Source: Tubiluchus corallicola
Lineage: Eukaryota; Animalia; Priapulida
NCBI GenBank assembly: GCA_030141605.1
Contig: JAQGDQ010000069.1
Coordinates: 501,126 to 565,125, forward strand
Direction of reading: 5' to 3'
DNA: 64,000 bases
Position 1 is the stretch's first letter. The number at the start of each line of letters is the position of its first letter. Below the pieces are notes generated by a model. It was not told where the DNA came from and made no database searches. It worked only from the letters and a program-made list of their open reading frames with translations. The position numbers were made by a program, and so were the translations under genes. Shown piece after piece: positions 31,351-59,300 of this stretch.

Positions 31351-33725
31351 TGTAGGGAGCCGAGTAACCCATTAGCCCAAGTAGGACAATTGGCGTACTC
31401 TAGCCCAAGTAGGACGCGGCGTACATGGGCTAGCCCAAGTAGGACGCGTCGTACATGGGCTGCCCAAGTAGGACACTGGAGACAGGTCGCGAATAGAGTC
31501 GTTAAGTGTACTGACACCGTCCGTTGTCCTTGTTTATGTAATAATAATAATTAAAAACGTTAGTACACGTTGAATAATTTGTTATACATCTGATAAAATA
31601 AAAGAATTTTATTCTGAGCTGGTAGAATGGACAATATTAAATTTGGTTTCGATATTAATGTTGTTGAAGTGAAAAAACCCACTTTTTTGCGAGTTCAACA
31701 TTTGTTTAAGGTATATCATTTTTGATTTTGTCTCGCTTCACAAACAGGTGATCCGTTTCACTACCTCTTGGGCAAATAATTGTTTTCTTATAAGTAAACG
31801 TTCTAGCGATCTATGTGTCCTACATAGGCTAGCGAGCCATGTAGGACAGTGCCTTACATGTTACAATACTACTGATAATATTAAAACTATCTTTGCTTTT
31901 CCTAAATGTTAAAAATTACTTTTTGGTGTTGTGAAGGCTTAGCAGCATCTGTCTCATTCTTAGATTTGCAATTATTTCTGTAATAACTGTGTGCAGAGTT
32001 TCTCTCTTTAAAGCATTAGCTACTAGGTTTAATGTTATGATGATATTAATGGAATCATAATGATGAAATTATTGTAAAAAATGCATTTGTAAATTGCCAA
32101 GGAATATCCATTTCTAAAAGAAATTTTGTTTTATGTTTTATTATGTCATAATAATACTAATAAACAATGGTAATATAAACTTGAAACAAGTTTTGCCAGA
32201 GCCTCTCTGTTTGCCTACATAGCTGTGACAGCCACGTAGTTACCGCCGAGCACCGCGAGGAGGTCAAGAAGTACTTAATTAGCTAAGCAAAATTTTTTTT
32301 GATGGCTACCTTGCTTTTCAAGCGATCAGTTTATGCCCACTCATACACACACACAGTGATTGCTATTTCAGTTCAAAATCAATTATCATTTTGTTTCGAA
32401 AATATCAGTTTGTTCATAGGGCAACATCGCTATAACAAACCAATATTTTTCATCCACATTACAAACTGAGGATTTGGAATTAATATTATAAAAATTTAAC
32501 AGCTGCATTTTTATAAACATGTTTATGCAATTCAAGTAGTCAAATCTATCTTTTATTAATTTTCAAAGACACGGATACACAAAATAGATACACTAACCAT
32601 TAATCTATTAGCAAACACTTAAAAAATGTTTGAACATTGTTTTCACTTATTATGCACACATAATATAATACGCAGGAAAAAATCTAGATCTATATAAATG
32701 CTAAACAAAGTTTTACTTTTATCGCTGTGGATTTGGTGGACCAAAATATGCCAAACAACGCTCCTCCAACTTTAAAGCAACTTCCTTTGCAGACTTTGTT
32801 TCTAGAGGAAACAGAACATGAAATTTTGAGAAATGGTCAACAAAGTGGCCAATGTAGTTGTAACAGCCATCGGGATTGTGCCGCATGTCGATCAAATCCA
32901 CTTGTATTCTGTTCAAGAAATTGTTGGCAATTATCGGTTTAATATCCGGTTTTGATGTAACTATCGGAGTACAGAGCTGACAGTCAGGACATAATTTGGT
33001 ATGCTGACGAACGTATAATCTCGGAATACCAAAAAATTCGTTCTTCACCCTGTCGTACAAAGCACGATACCCACTATGGATGTTTCTAGTGGGATGTGTA
33101 TGCAGCTGGTGTACGACATCGAAAATTTGGCCTGAATGAACAACACGCCTATATTCCGAAAGAGAAATGGTGTCTCCAAGACCTATAAATATAATATAAT
33201 ATAATATAATATAATAAAAAAATAAATTTCGCACTTTAATGATACTAGAATAAATAATACTAGAGCAAAAAGAAAAAAATAAATTAAACAATGGTATAGG
33301 GATGCCAGGATGAGTTTGTTTAATAATGGCACATTTGATATTGTTAAATCTGCATGCCTTGTAATTTGAATAAAATTAACTAATACAAGCTATTTCTTAC
33401 CATCTGATTTACGAACAGCCAGAACGTCTTGCAGTCCTAAATATGGTAACTTGACCAGCACAAGCTTCTTTTTATCAGTAAAGCGTCTGATGATGTTCCT
33501 GTCAAAGTTTTCATGGCGCCAAACTGACGACAACTCAACTAACAAGCACAATTTTTAATAAAATGAAGAAACTTTCACAGAATTTTTAAAAATTTGACAA
33601 AATTACCGATTCTCGGCAAAAATCGCTAGTGTCCTACTTGGGCTGCCCATGTACAACACTACTTTTAGCAGATGGGTTTACCGGAAGTGTCCTACTTGGG
33701 CTAGTGGGTTACTCGGCTCCCTACA
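31351..33725 (-). mobile_element. Ginger2/TDD-like DNA transposon (retroviral-type integrase), internally deleted, 2375 bp
   Basis: 38-bp TIRs (31351-31388 and 33688-33725, 1 mismatch) with TGT..ACA ends; 5-bp TSD ATGGT (31346-31350, 33726-33730); subterminal GCCCAAGTAGGAC repeats. The coding exon has an HHCC finger (H..H..CPDC) and RIQVDLIDM..YIGHFVDHFSKFHVLFPL..KSA.EVA..L...FGPP (KRBA2/SCAND3-like rve), truncated after GPP. There is a GT-AG intron at 33183-33400. Confidence 0.9.
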
Positions 33726-33868
33726 ATGGTCGCAGTTAGGAAAAAAACGTGCGCTGAGTCAAATGCAATATGTCAGCTTACTGTAATGTGCTTTTCTTTT
33801 ACGAATGAAAATATTTCTGAATTGGGTTAAAGTTTATTGCTATTTTGTAGGTGTCATAGTAGGACACC

Positions 33869-48815
<14,947 letters not shown>

Positions 48816-48848
48816 TTTTACGTTTTTGTTAAAAAATTTCTAAATGCT

Positions 48849-48880
48849 AATAAATTGTAAATGATAAAATTGTAAATAAA
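48849..48880 (+). terminator. Candidate INTS13 polyadenylation signals
   Basis: AATAAA at 48849 and 48875, shortly after the stop codon, followed by GT-rich sequence. Confidence 0.45.
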
Positions 48881-50057
48881 ATGAATTTTGTACAATGTTT
48901 CATGTGAAGTGCTGTGAAATCTGTGAATTGTAAATATTTGTTGTGAGACTAATACACTGTAAACAATTAAAATGTTTGATTTTGTTGATTTTTTTGCAAA
49001 CTCCCTGATTATGTTTAGTTAACTGTTCTGGGCACATATTTGATACAGTAAGTCGGTGAATTAAAGTAGACAGGTCTGTGTAGGTCTACTGCAGGAAATT
49101 TAAATTTATCACATAGTTGTGAAATTAAAAGTGCTTATAAATATGCAGTTTAGCAGCAGTTACTGACAAATTTAACAGGCAGATGTTACTTTTAGGTGGA
49201 TTAAAAATGAGTGATCAGTGAATACAATAGATTATATGCATTTAATGGTTTCTTATAAGACGCAGTTGTGTTATACATAGCTCTACTGAGTTTTCACTTT
49301 ATAGTTTTTCTGTATGAGAGAGGCTATTAAAATGTGCTTGTTTGACTAGACTAGAACATATTGCTATTGTGATAATCAATTCTAAAAAGGTCAAAATACA
49401 GAACTTTGTATTTAATATTTTATTCATAGTAAGAAATTTATTTACATTATACAAATTACAGGAGAAGTAGATAATATACAATTTCATATATTTTGTTTCA
49501 TTTGCTGCATAGTCTTTACGTTACATAGACAATATTAACCAATATTATGTAACGAATATTGATGCTTAGCACAGTACAGAGCGATTTAATTATAGGGTGG
49601 TATGTGAGAGGTAAAGCAACTGATATTTAATTTAGCTATTCGTGATTAGACACACTGATAGTCATTACCATTGAATCTATACATTGATTACAATAATTTT
49701 GACATAAAAATAGTAACATTAACAACAAAATTCTACGATAAGTTTGCTGATATTTACTCAAGCTGCTGTCGTTTTGTGTCACGCAGAGTAAAAATTCAAA
49801 CTGTGACCATGACAGGCTGACACTAGGTACCTCAAGCACAGCGCTGGCGTAAGAAACGGCCGCTAATTTGCTTAAACTGTATTTGTTGATTTTCCACATT
49901 GCCTCCACAAGAAATTGTAAAAACGCGGCTATGTGATTTTGTTAAACTACGTTTTTCATTTTTAGCAAGGTTTGTTTTAGTTTTTATGATTTTTTTGGAT
50001 GTGGATAATTGGTAGCGCTGATGGCCGTTTACTCTCCGTTTTAAAATGTTTGATGGT

Positions 50058-53000
50058 TGTGATGACCCTGATCCTGTATTTCCTCTAGGGGAATCAAAGA
50101 GGGGCATGCTGCGTTAGTTTTACATCTCATAACAGAAGGGAGCTAGTATGATAGTCACTAAATGTATGGATGCAGATCGGCCTAAGGCTGATGTTAAAAA
50201 TACGGGGGACTATGGCCTATTTGCATTCTATACACTAATGGATTGAAGAAAGAAAAAGATCAAATGGCAGACATTAAAATAATTAATCAAACAATTTAAT
50301 CGTTAACAAATTCCAAAGTGATTCGATTTAAGCAAAAGTTCAGTAATAACAAAGATATAGCAATATTGACAAAGCTTGGGGTTAGTAGGGTATATACGTT
50401 TGCATAAAGTTCATGTCTGCCCACTTTGTACCTAGGTTTTTTGGAACACCTTTCCTTTAAAGCGAACAGTTTGTAGAACGGTAGCAATACGTCGTATAAC
50501 CTCTGCGTCTGAATACAGTTGTGATTCCAAACTTCGTCAGAGAAACTACCAATTAGTCTTTACCCAGCAAGTAGCATCGAAGAACATTAGGCTAGTATAC
50601 GTGATGTTTACGTTATCAGTGCGACGTTAGTTACGATCGTAACAAAAGCGAAAAGTACCTGTTACCACCCTGGATGTGGTTCTGTAGTAGGTCGATCCAT
50701 TTGTCAGTCAGTGGGTAACTCCACGTTTGCAGACTGCAAGCCAGCATCTCTGGACAACTCTGGTTGACGACAACAGCTTACAACAACTAGGCTTTCACAG
50801 TATCACCATGTACATTACACACCATATCTTGTGTGAAACTTTCTAGTACGGCATTTCTGTTCAAAAACATATAACTTCACAGAGACGAGTAAACGACCTG
50901 TCTCGTTCTGTGTCAAGTTGCCGTCTATATCTAAACAGTGTTAAACGAAGTTCGTCGAGAAGCCACTCGCTTAAACAGCTATAATTTTATTCACCTTTGC
51001 ACTATCCTTAACCTTGACTTAGCCACTGCATTACAGCCGCGATAGGGCAGACAAGAGTGGGTCAGACGGAATTCCAAAGGGGGTTTGTTAGTAGGTGCCT
51101 ACATCCTAACAAAATATCAATAATTAATAATACAATTAACTATCACTGCCAGTAGCTAAATATCATACATATCAATTAATTAAATATACAGTATGAATAG
51201 GGCTTAATGTTGCATAAGCATAATGTGAGAACTATTAAATGTAGGGCGGAACATGACAGAGTCCCCCTCTCCAAAAAGTGTGTGATGGGCTAAAAAAGGA
51301 CGTCACCACTTTAAATCTATATGCAACATTAAAGTGAAAAGAAATTGTGATAACCTTTCTCTGGCAAAAAATATATCAAAAAAAAAGTTCAATCCAAGCG
51401 CTAAGTTCAGACAGTGCTTTATAAGAAAGTCTGTTTGCACTGTGTATTTCAGGGATCTATAGCCAGAGAAAAATTTCCACGGAAATACTATGAAGCCAGT
51501 TACTATGTCAAATACACCTATGTACGGACACTCACGCAATAACAACTTATTACCTTGAAAACACAAAACTTAACCGTAAATAGAAAATCATGTGGTGACA
51601 CACCAAACAGGTATTTTAGCATAAACAAGCATAGGGTTTTATCAGTCTAGTAGAAATTGCAGATATTAGGCCTTTATGATTTACGGTACAACACAGTATA
51701 AACTGATTAGTATTACCAACATAATTATTAAATTTCCTGCAATGATAGACAGCTCTTCCCTAAAAATTTAGTTGCTAAACTACTTTCGTTAAAAGTTGAA
51801 ACTCACAAAAACGACGCAAATTACAATGTTCACATGTACTAAAATGAAGAAAAACAATCACTACTACTGCTGTAAACTAATGTCAAATTAATTATGACAA
51901 ACCACTGCTACAACTGTTATACTGTGGCAATTACTTTAAAACCGCTGCCACCATTGTGATGACCCTGATCCTGTATTTCCTCTAGGGGAATCAAAGAGGG
52001 GCATGCTGCGTTAGTTTTACATCTCATAACAGAAGGGAGCTAGTATGATAGTCACTAAATGTATGGATGCAGATCGGCCTAAGGCTGATGTTAAAAATAC
52101 GGGGGACTATGGCCTATTTGCATTCTATACACTAATGGATTGAAGAAAGAAAAAGATCAAATGGCAGACATTAAAATAATTAATCAAACAATTTAATCGT
52201 TAACAAATTCCAAAGTGATTCGATTTAAGCAAAAGTTCAGTAATAACAAAGATATAGCAATATTGACAAAGCTTGGGGTTAGTAGGGTATATACGTTTGC
52301 ATAAAGTTCATGTCTGCCCACTATGTACCTAGGTTTTTTTGGAACACTTTTCCTTTAAAGCGAACAGTTTGTAGAACGGTAGCAATACGTAGTAATATAA
52401 CCTCTGCGTCTGAATACAGTTGTGATTCCAAACTTCGTCAGAGAAACTACCAATTAGTCTTTACCCAGCAAGTAGCATCGAAGAGCATTAGGCTAGTATA
52501 CGTGATGTTTACGTTATCAGTGCGACGTTAGTTACGATCGTAACAAAAGCGAAAAGTACCTGTTACCACCCTGGATGTGGTTCTGTAGTAGGTCGATCCA
52601 TTTGTCAGTCAGTGGGTAACTCCACTATTGCAGACTGCAAGCCAGCATCTCTGGACAACTCTGGTTGACGACCATAGCTTACAACAACTAGGCTCTCACA
52701 GTATCACCATGTACATTACACACCATATCTTGTGTGAAACTTTCTAGTACGGCATTTCTGTTCAAAAACACATAACTTCACAGAGACGAGTAAACGACCT
52801 GTCTCGTTCTGTGTCAAGTTGCCGTCTCTATCTAAACAGTGTTAAACGAAGTTCGTCGAGAAGCCACTCGCTTAAACAGCTATAATTTTATTCACATTTG
52901 CACTATCCTTAACCTTGACTTAGCCACTGCATTACAGCCGCGATAGGGCAGACAAGAGTGGGTCAGACGGAATTCCAAAGGGGGTTTGTTAGTAGGTGCC

Positions 53001-53159
53001 TACATCCTAACAAAATATCAATAATTAATAATACAATTAACTATCACTGCCAGTAGCTAAATATCATACATATCAATTAATTGAACATACAGTATGAATA
53101 GGGCTTAATGTTGCATAAGCATCATGTGAGAACTATTAAATGTAGGGCGGAACATGACA
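50058..53159 (-). mobile_element. Non-autonomous LTR retrotransposon: two ~1.2-kb LTRs around a 696-bp non-coding core
   Basis: LTRs at 50058-51258 and 51955-53159 have TGT..ACA ends and are nearly identical. TSD ATGGT at 50053-50057 and 53160-53164. On the minus strand the PBS TGGTGGCAGCGGT (51941-51953, tRNA-Leu-like) follows the 5' LTR, and the PPT GGAGAGGGGGA (~51262-51272) precedes the 3' LTR. Confidence 0.93.
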
Positions 53160-53341
53160 ATGGTAATTTTTCATTTTGTGGGTTTTTAGCCAAGCTTAAA
53201 CTTAAAGTTAGAATTAGAACTAGAAGTTTAGTGTTCATTGTAGGTTAGGCCTAGCATAATAAAGTTAAAATGGGCTTCGTACCTATCGACCTTAATACGT
53301 TATCACAAACGTTATTAAGCGCAGGTACGCCCTTCAGGTGA

Positions 53342-55580
53342 ATAATAATAATCTTTTATTTATCTTTTATTTTTAACACACGCACAGTTATAATACAATT
53401 AATATGGTAACAAAAATGTGAAGAAAGCGCAGCAAAAGACCAATTGGTCATCTAGTCAGCTGCTCTTTGGTTAGTGATGAACATTTTTTATAGGCGCTAT
53501 GCTACAGTGTATTAGTGTTAGTACTGCTTATAATAAAAACTAAATTGTTATGAATGACATTAAATTGATATGTTTATAACGTGTTAGTACAATTCATACA
53601 CAGTAATAATAAGTGCATAATATAAAAAAATCAAACTGAAAATAACTGAAATAAGAACTGAAACAAGAACTGAAATAAAAATCTCACAAGAGAAATTAAT
53701 AACAATGGCAACTGAAATTTACTTTATAACACAAGCATAATTGTTAGACATAAGCAAGCGAATGTATAATGGAGTCATATATCATAATAATGTAAGAAAA
53801 TACGGAGCGATTTTTGATGATCTGAGGTGAAATAAATAGGCAGATAGTTAAAGCACAAAAAATTACCTGTATGACTGCATGAGGAGATTGACAATTGGAG
53901 TCCAGACTTTGAAAATGATCTATAGAAGTTAGACAATAAACAATTAAATATTGAAGTTAATTGAACCTGCTATAACAGTAGCTACTCTTGCACTCAGTTA
54001 GACAATTTATTAGTGGGCAAAAGGAATAAAAGTTGTTAGAAAATACTGTACGCTTATATGTAGTTAATCTCAGTAATAAGTTTGCAAGAGTTGACATTTA
54101 TATAATTTACTTAAGTGACAGATACTAGTTGATAGTTTAAGATCATCTGAAAGGGTATTCCATAGTATTGTACCATTATGTTTTAATGTTTGTAGACCTT
54201 TTGGTGTGTTAAATCTTTCCTGAAAATAGTTTTGTTTGGTAGCTGCTTTCGTAGAATACTGGTGAACGTCACTAATCTTTTTGAAATAATTGCCGTATAA
54301 TTTAGGTAGAATGCCCTTTTTATAGTTGAACATGATTTTCGCTAACTCAAGCATATAAATTTCATTAATTTTTAATAATTGCAAAGCATAATAGGAAGGG
54401 GTAGCATGATCTCGGCAGCCGGCAAAAGTCATTGTTTTGATAATTTTGTTATGTGCTGCTGTAAGTGGTTTCAGAACAGATTTTTTTGCTGTGCCCCACG
54501 ATAACATACAATAGTTAATGTGTGGGTACACAATGGCAAAGTAAATCATTTTTAGTATATCCGTGCTCAAGTAATGCCTCAATTTAAAAAATATACCTGT
54601 AACTTTGTAGGTAATATTTTTTACGTGTGTTGACCAATTAAGGGTGTCATCTATGTAGACGCCCAGATATTTTAGGTCTGATACTTGTTCTAATAAACAG
54701 TCTTGCATGGATACTGTTATAATGGAGTTTTCATTGTTTTCAAATTTATTTCCTTTGATCATAAATTTTGTTTTATTATAGTTTACTGTTAATTTATTTG
54801 TACGCATCCATGTGTTAATTTTGATCAGTTCTTCATTACTTCTAAGCTCAAGATTATGCGTGTCGTTGTCTACTAAGAAGAGGTTAGTGTCATCAGCAAA
54901 AAGTCATGTTTGCATGTTAGTACAAAGAGGGAGGTCATTTATATATATCAGGAAAAGAAGTGGACCCAAGGTGGATCCTTGAGGTACACCACATTGTATT
55001 GGGCATAGGTCGGAGGCAAAATTGTCAACTACCGTAAATTGGTGTCTGCTTGTAAGATATGACTGGAATAGTTTTTGTGCGATTCTACGGATACCATAAT
55101 AGTCCATTTTGTTGAATAAAATGTCGTGTTGAACGGTGTCAAAAGCTTTTGTTAAATCAAGAAAGATGCCGCAGGTAAGTAATTTATTGTGTAGGTTTGT
55201 CAGAAGATTGTCTATGATTTCAGCAGTTGCTAATATTGTGGAATGATTTTTGCGGAAACCGAATTGAAAACACGATATTGTATCATTTTTGATTAGATAT
55301 GTCATCAGGCGTTTATGTAAGATTGACTCAAAAATTTTGGCAATGGGTGATATGAGTGAGATAGGTCGGTAGTTGTTCAGCTCATTTGGATCATCTTTTT
55401 TATATATGGGGATTACTTTTGCCAGTTTTAAAGTGTCGGGGAATGTCCCAGTCAGAATTGACGCATTAAACAGATTTATAAGCGGAGTTAAAATTATGTT
55501 TTTTGACATTTTGAAATATGTAATCGGGATGTCATAAGGGCCTTTTGCTTTATTGGGATGTAGTCTATCAATAGCTTGGT
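53342..55580 (-). mobile_element. 5'-truncated LINE (CR1/L2 clade): RT domain, C-terminus, long 3' UTR and (ATT)n tail
   Basis: ORFs 54904-55509 and 54070-54807 are in one frame, separated by a single TGA: KLAKVIPIYKK, NYRPISL, QFGFR..HST, FLDLTKAFDTV, GVPQGSTLGPLLFLIYINDL, *LFADDT, KYLGVYID..LNW. The tail AATAAAAG(ATT)n lies at ~53342-53370. Confidence 0.92.
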
Positions 55581-56355
55581 CAGCAGTGTGTTATAATAGT
55601 GAACAAGTGAAATAATAGAGCAAAAACAATGCAAACATTGAAGTCATGTTGAGCTAGCCTAGTACCAGAGAGTCGGTTTGGGAGATACAAATTGATGAGC
55701 CACCTCCTGATTGGACATTACCGACTCTTTGCTACTCTTTAGCGACTCTTTCCCACGAGTTTGCTGCATAAAAGGGCGTGATTTTGAGCACATTTCATCA
55801 TTTTTCTCCTGCTAGGAGTTAAAGGTACATATGTTTTGGTAGTCGTCTTTTCGCCGAATCTTTGGATTCCTGACAGCTAATAAATACTTAATTAAATTTT
55901 AATTTAATTTTAATTAAGTTGCTGTTGCTATAGCTTTAAGTTAAATGCCAGTTTTTCTTGCACCCAAAATATTGTGTGGGAATTCAAAATTATACGTTTT
56001 TTAAACAGTTAAGTTCCGCCATTGTATTCGGGCCCCCCTAATTTTTTTTCGTGCATGACGCCCCTGCCTGTACAAGGGTGACGAAGGAATTTATAACTTT
56101 AGAATGAAGCCCGTATAAATAATTCAAGGTTAACGTAATTCAACGACTCTAGGTAGACTTGTAAAGGCTGTAGAAACCGGAATAAACTAGTTTGCAATAC
56201 TGTAAATGAAAGGTCTAACAGTAGAATAGAACTCAATCACTGGAATCCGTGACAGCATTAACGTACAATAACGTTTTGTTTGATTTAGGTGCTTTGCAGA
56301 GATACATATACACGTCAATATATAAAGTAGATATGCGTTAATCCAGCCATCTACT

Positions 56356-59300
56356 ATGAAATTAGCTACAGCTGGAGACGTGATTAAGTGCTGGGACATT
56401 TCTGGTGGTTACTCAGTTTTGCATTCATTCAACCCTCATGATGATGAAGTTTGCTGCTTGGACTGGAGTCGAGATGATATCCTTTTTCATTAGATATAGA
56501 TAGATTATCTGTACTGTGGCTAGCGAATAAACTAGAGGTTTAACTTCTACGTTTGTACATGCAACTAGTTTAGTACTAAGATGGAGAAAACTATGAGCAA
56601 AAAGCTAAATAGCTTTGCCTGTTACATCACTGGTATTATGTTAGAACTGTCAAAGACATTTTGTGGTTATTGCATTTCAAATATGTTGTCCTGAATGCTA
56701 CTCAATGCTATGTTATTCATTCTCTGGTTATTGTGATACTACCGTTTTTCTGCAGCACAAGTTAATTGATAATTCTTGTCCAACAAAATTTCAAGTCCAA
56801 CATAATTTCAGTGTACATGTCCTCTCGCATGCCTATGCTTAGGAAAATGGTTAAGATAAAATTATGCTACTCGATTAAGAATTTAAAATGTGCTGGGCTG
56901 AAATGATATTGTGAGTTGTCTTTCTGCCACATCGCTTTACCTGAGAATAACATGGATGTACATCACATTAAATACTCATACCAAGTTTTATCCATTTTGT
57001 GACCAATGTCTGCTGATACTAGTTATAGTTTACCATCAGCAGAATTATGTCATCATGACACTGCTCATCTCATTTTCAGAAACTAAATCATTTGTTATTA
57101 CCAGTATTGTCGATTTAAAGCATTTTGATCAGTGACTTGAAGAATCTTAGCTGATTCTAATGATTTGGCTGCACCCAAAATACAGTAATTTTATATACAT
57201 GTTTTTATGAGGAAGAAACCATTTGGTACTGAGATTTTATTTCACAGTATACACAGTTTGCACAGTATAGCGTTCGAATTTCCATTTATTCAGCATTTTG
57301 CATCAGTTTGCTGTGCAACAAAAAACTCAATTTTATTGAGGGAGCTCATTACATTCTAAAATATCAAACAAGGGCTCACAGATTTCATGCAGAGTCGCAA
57401 AAGTTGTTTAAGGGCCAGAGACTCTACCTAATTTTTTTGTTGAATTAGGACTTGTGACTAAGGGTCCATCAAACTCGTCACAGCAATGCAGTGTTTAAAT
57501 TGACATATTTACCTACACACTAATCTATCGTGTTACTAAGCTTAACTTTGTTGTACGATCAGTTATTGCGTCTGCTGCTAAAGATGGTGAACAAATTTTT
57601 CTCAGTGTTCTAAAGGATAACAGCCAAACGTCAGTAGCAGTTACAGTTCCGGTATGTATGTAATTCTTTTTCTGAAATTGTACAGGTTTTTAAATTATTA
57701 ATGAGATTAGTTGTTTATCTAATTTGAGTATTATAGCAAGGGTTTTAATAATTTTCAGCATCTTATTGGCTTTTATTTTAACAGCTTTTCTTAGAAAGCA
57801 TTTAATGATGCTTCATATTGTACATATATGGATAAACCTAACAATTGCTGATGCTTTAGACTTCTTTATAATTGTGGTACATAAACTTTGTGTTTACATA
57901 AACTGCAGTTTCTGGAATGTAATCCATCAATATAAAACGCAATTTTTAAAATGCACAATATTAGTTTAGATCTCCAAGGTTTGCAGTAGAAAGTTTGTAC
58001 TGTATGTGTTTAAACCAATAATTTTTAAAATTTGAAATTGCCTGTAAATAAAGACATTTTGTATTATATATGTATAAATAAATGATGTCTATGGTATTTT
58101 CACTGGCAGTTCTGTTTACAATAAGATGTTTGTGGCAGGAATGGAATCTGCTTAATTGTGAAGGCTTTAGGGTGTTGGAATATATTTCTGCAATTACCAG
58201 ATGTCATGTTTCTGGCGTCTTCACTTTGTTTTTATTAGTGGTCGGGTACAGCACATTCTGTTTTTTAACTAAAATTGTTAATTTAATCACTAATTGAATG
58301 TAAATTTAAAGTAAAAATTTTGTATTTATTTAGAAACAGCAGACATGTCTCGGGTTTAGTTCACAATCTCGTTACCTAGCAACAGGAGGACATGATAAGC
58401 TAATTGGCATCTATGATGTGAAGGAAAGCAAGATTAAGAAAACTTACAAGGTTAGAAAATGTATTTTCCTTCAACTATTTTAAGTTCTAACATGTCCAAT
58501 TAAATGAAATGTTGTGCATAATTTTGTTTTTTCATTTGTTCGTTTATTATTCATTAGTTTTCCATTCTTTCCTTTTTTTTGATGATTTCATTGTTTATTT
58601 TTTTTGTTTATTTGTTTATTGCAGAAGTGAATCTCACCTGAACATTTTAAAATTTATTCATGTTAAATCTAAACTTATTACAGGGTCACAAGGCAAGTGT
58701 TACCTGTGTGCGGTTTAACCGCACAGATTCATATGTTGCATCCGGTGCAGCTAACGGCAATATTTTGTTGCATAATGTGACGACAGGTGTAATGAATGGT
58801 ATGACTGCTGGAACCAACACTGCTCACAGTGAGGTTTGTATTGATGAATTAGTAAAGTCATGACACACACTCAGTTTTGTTCAGTTCAACTCCTTAAATT
58901 GCATTTTGACCAAAATGCTCGCAGTTGTTTATATTAATGCAGTTTTAGCTAAGTGCTATGACACACTTGGAATTTCAGTTGAACTTTTCAAAGGTAGTGC
59001 ATACCTTGATTAAAGAAAGTTACCTAATTTGCACAGGTGATTAACACAAGGAAAGCTGAGCAACTACAGTTGAACAAACCAATAAATATGTTTATATTTT
59101 TAGGAATGCAAAGCTGATCATTCAGTATAATTAACTGAGTTGTGTGTATGGAAAGACTTCAATTCTTGTACTTCTGTACACTAATTTGCTCTAATTGTAA
59201 TCATAATAATAATCATTCTGCTTTATCTTGCATCAAGCACATTCAGCACACATCTCTTCTTTTGATTCAAACCACTGCCAAAACCAGTGTTCACTAATTG

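Noticed and set aside
31372-31476. Short repeats with spacers resembling a mini CRISPR array
   Set aside because: They are subterminal repeats of the Ginger2-like TIR, mirrored at the other end. The spacers are short and similar to each other, the context is eukaryotic and no cas genes are present.
49832-50107. 91-aa ORF crossing the LTR boundary
   Set aside because: It is a chimera of LTR and flank created by the insertion, with no recognisable domain.
50058-53159. 1.2-kb direct repeat as an assembly or segmental duplication
   Set aside because: TG..CA ends, PBS, PPT, TSD and scattered differences identify the copies as LTRs.
54904-54906. Selenocysteine or programmed read-through at the in-frame TGA
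   Set aside because: It lies in a 5'-truncated LINE copy, so a simple nonsense mutation is the parsimonious explanation.
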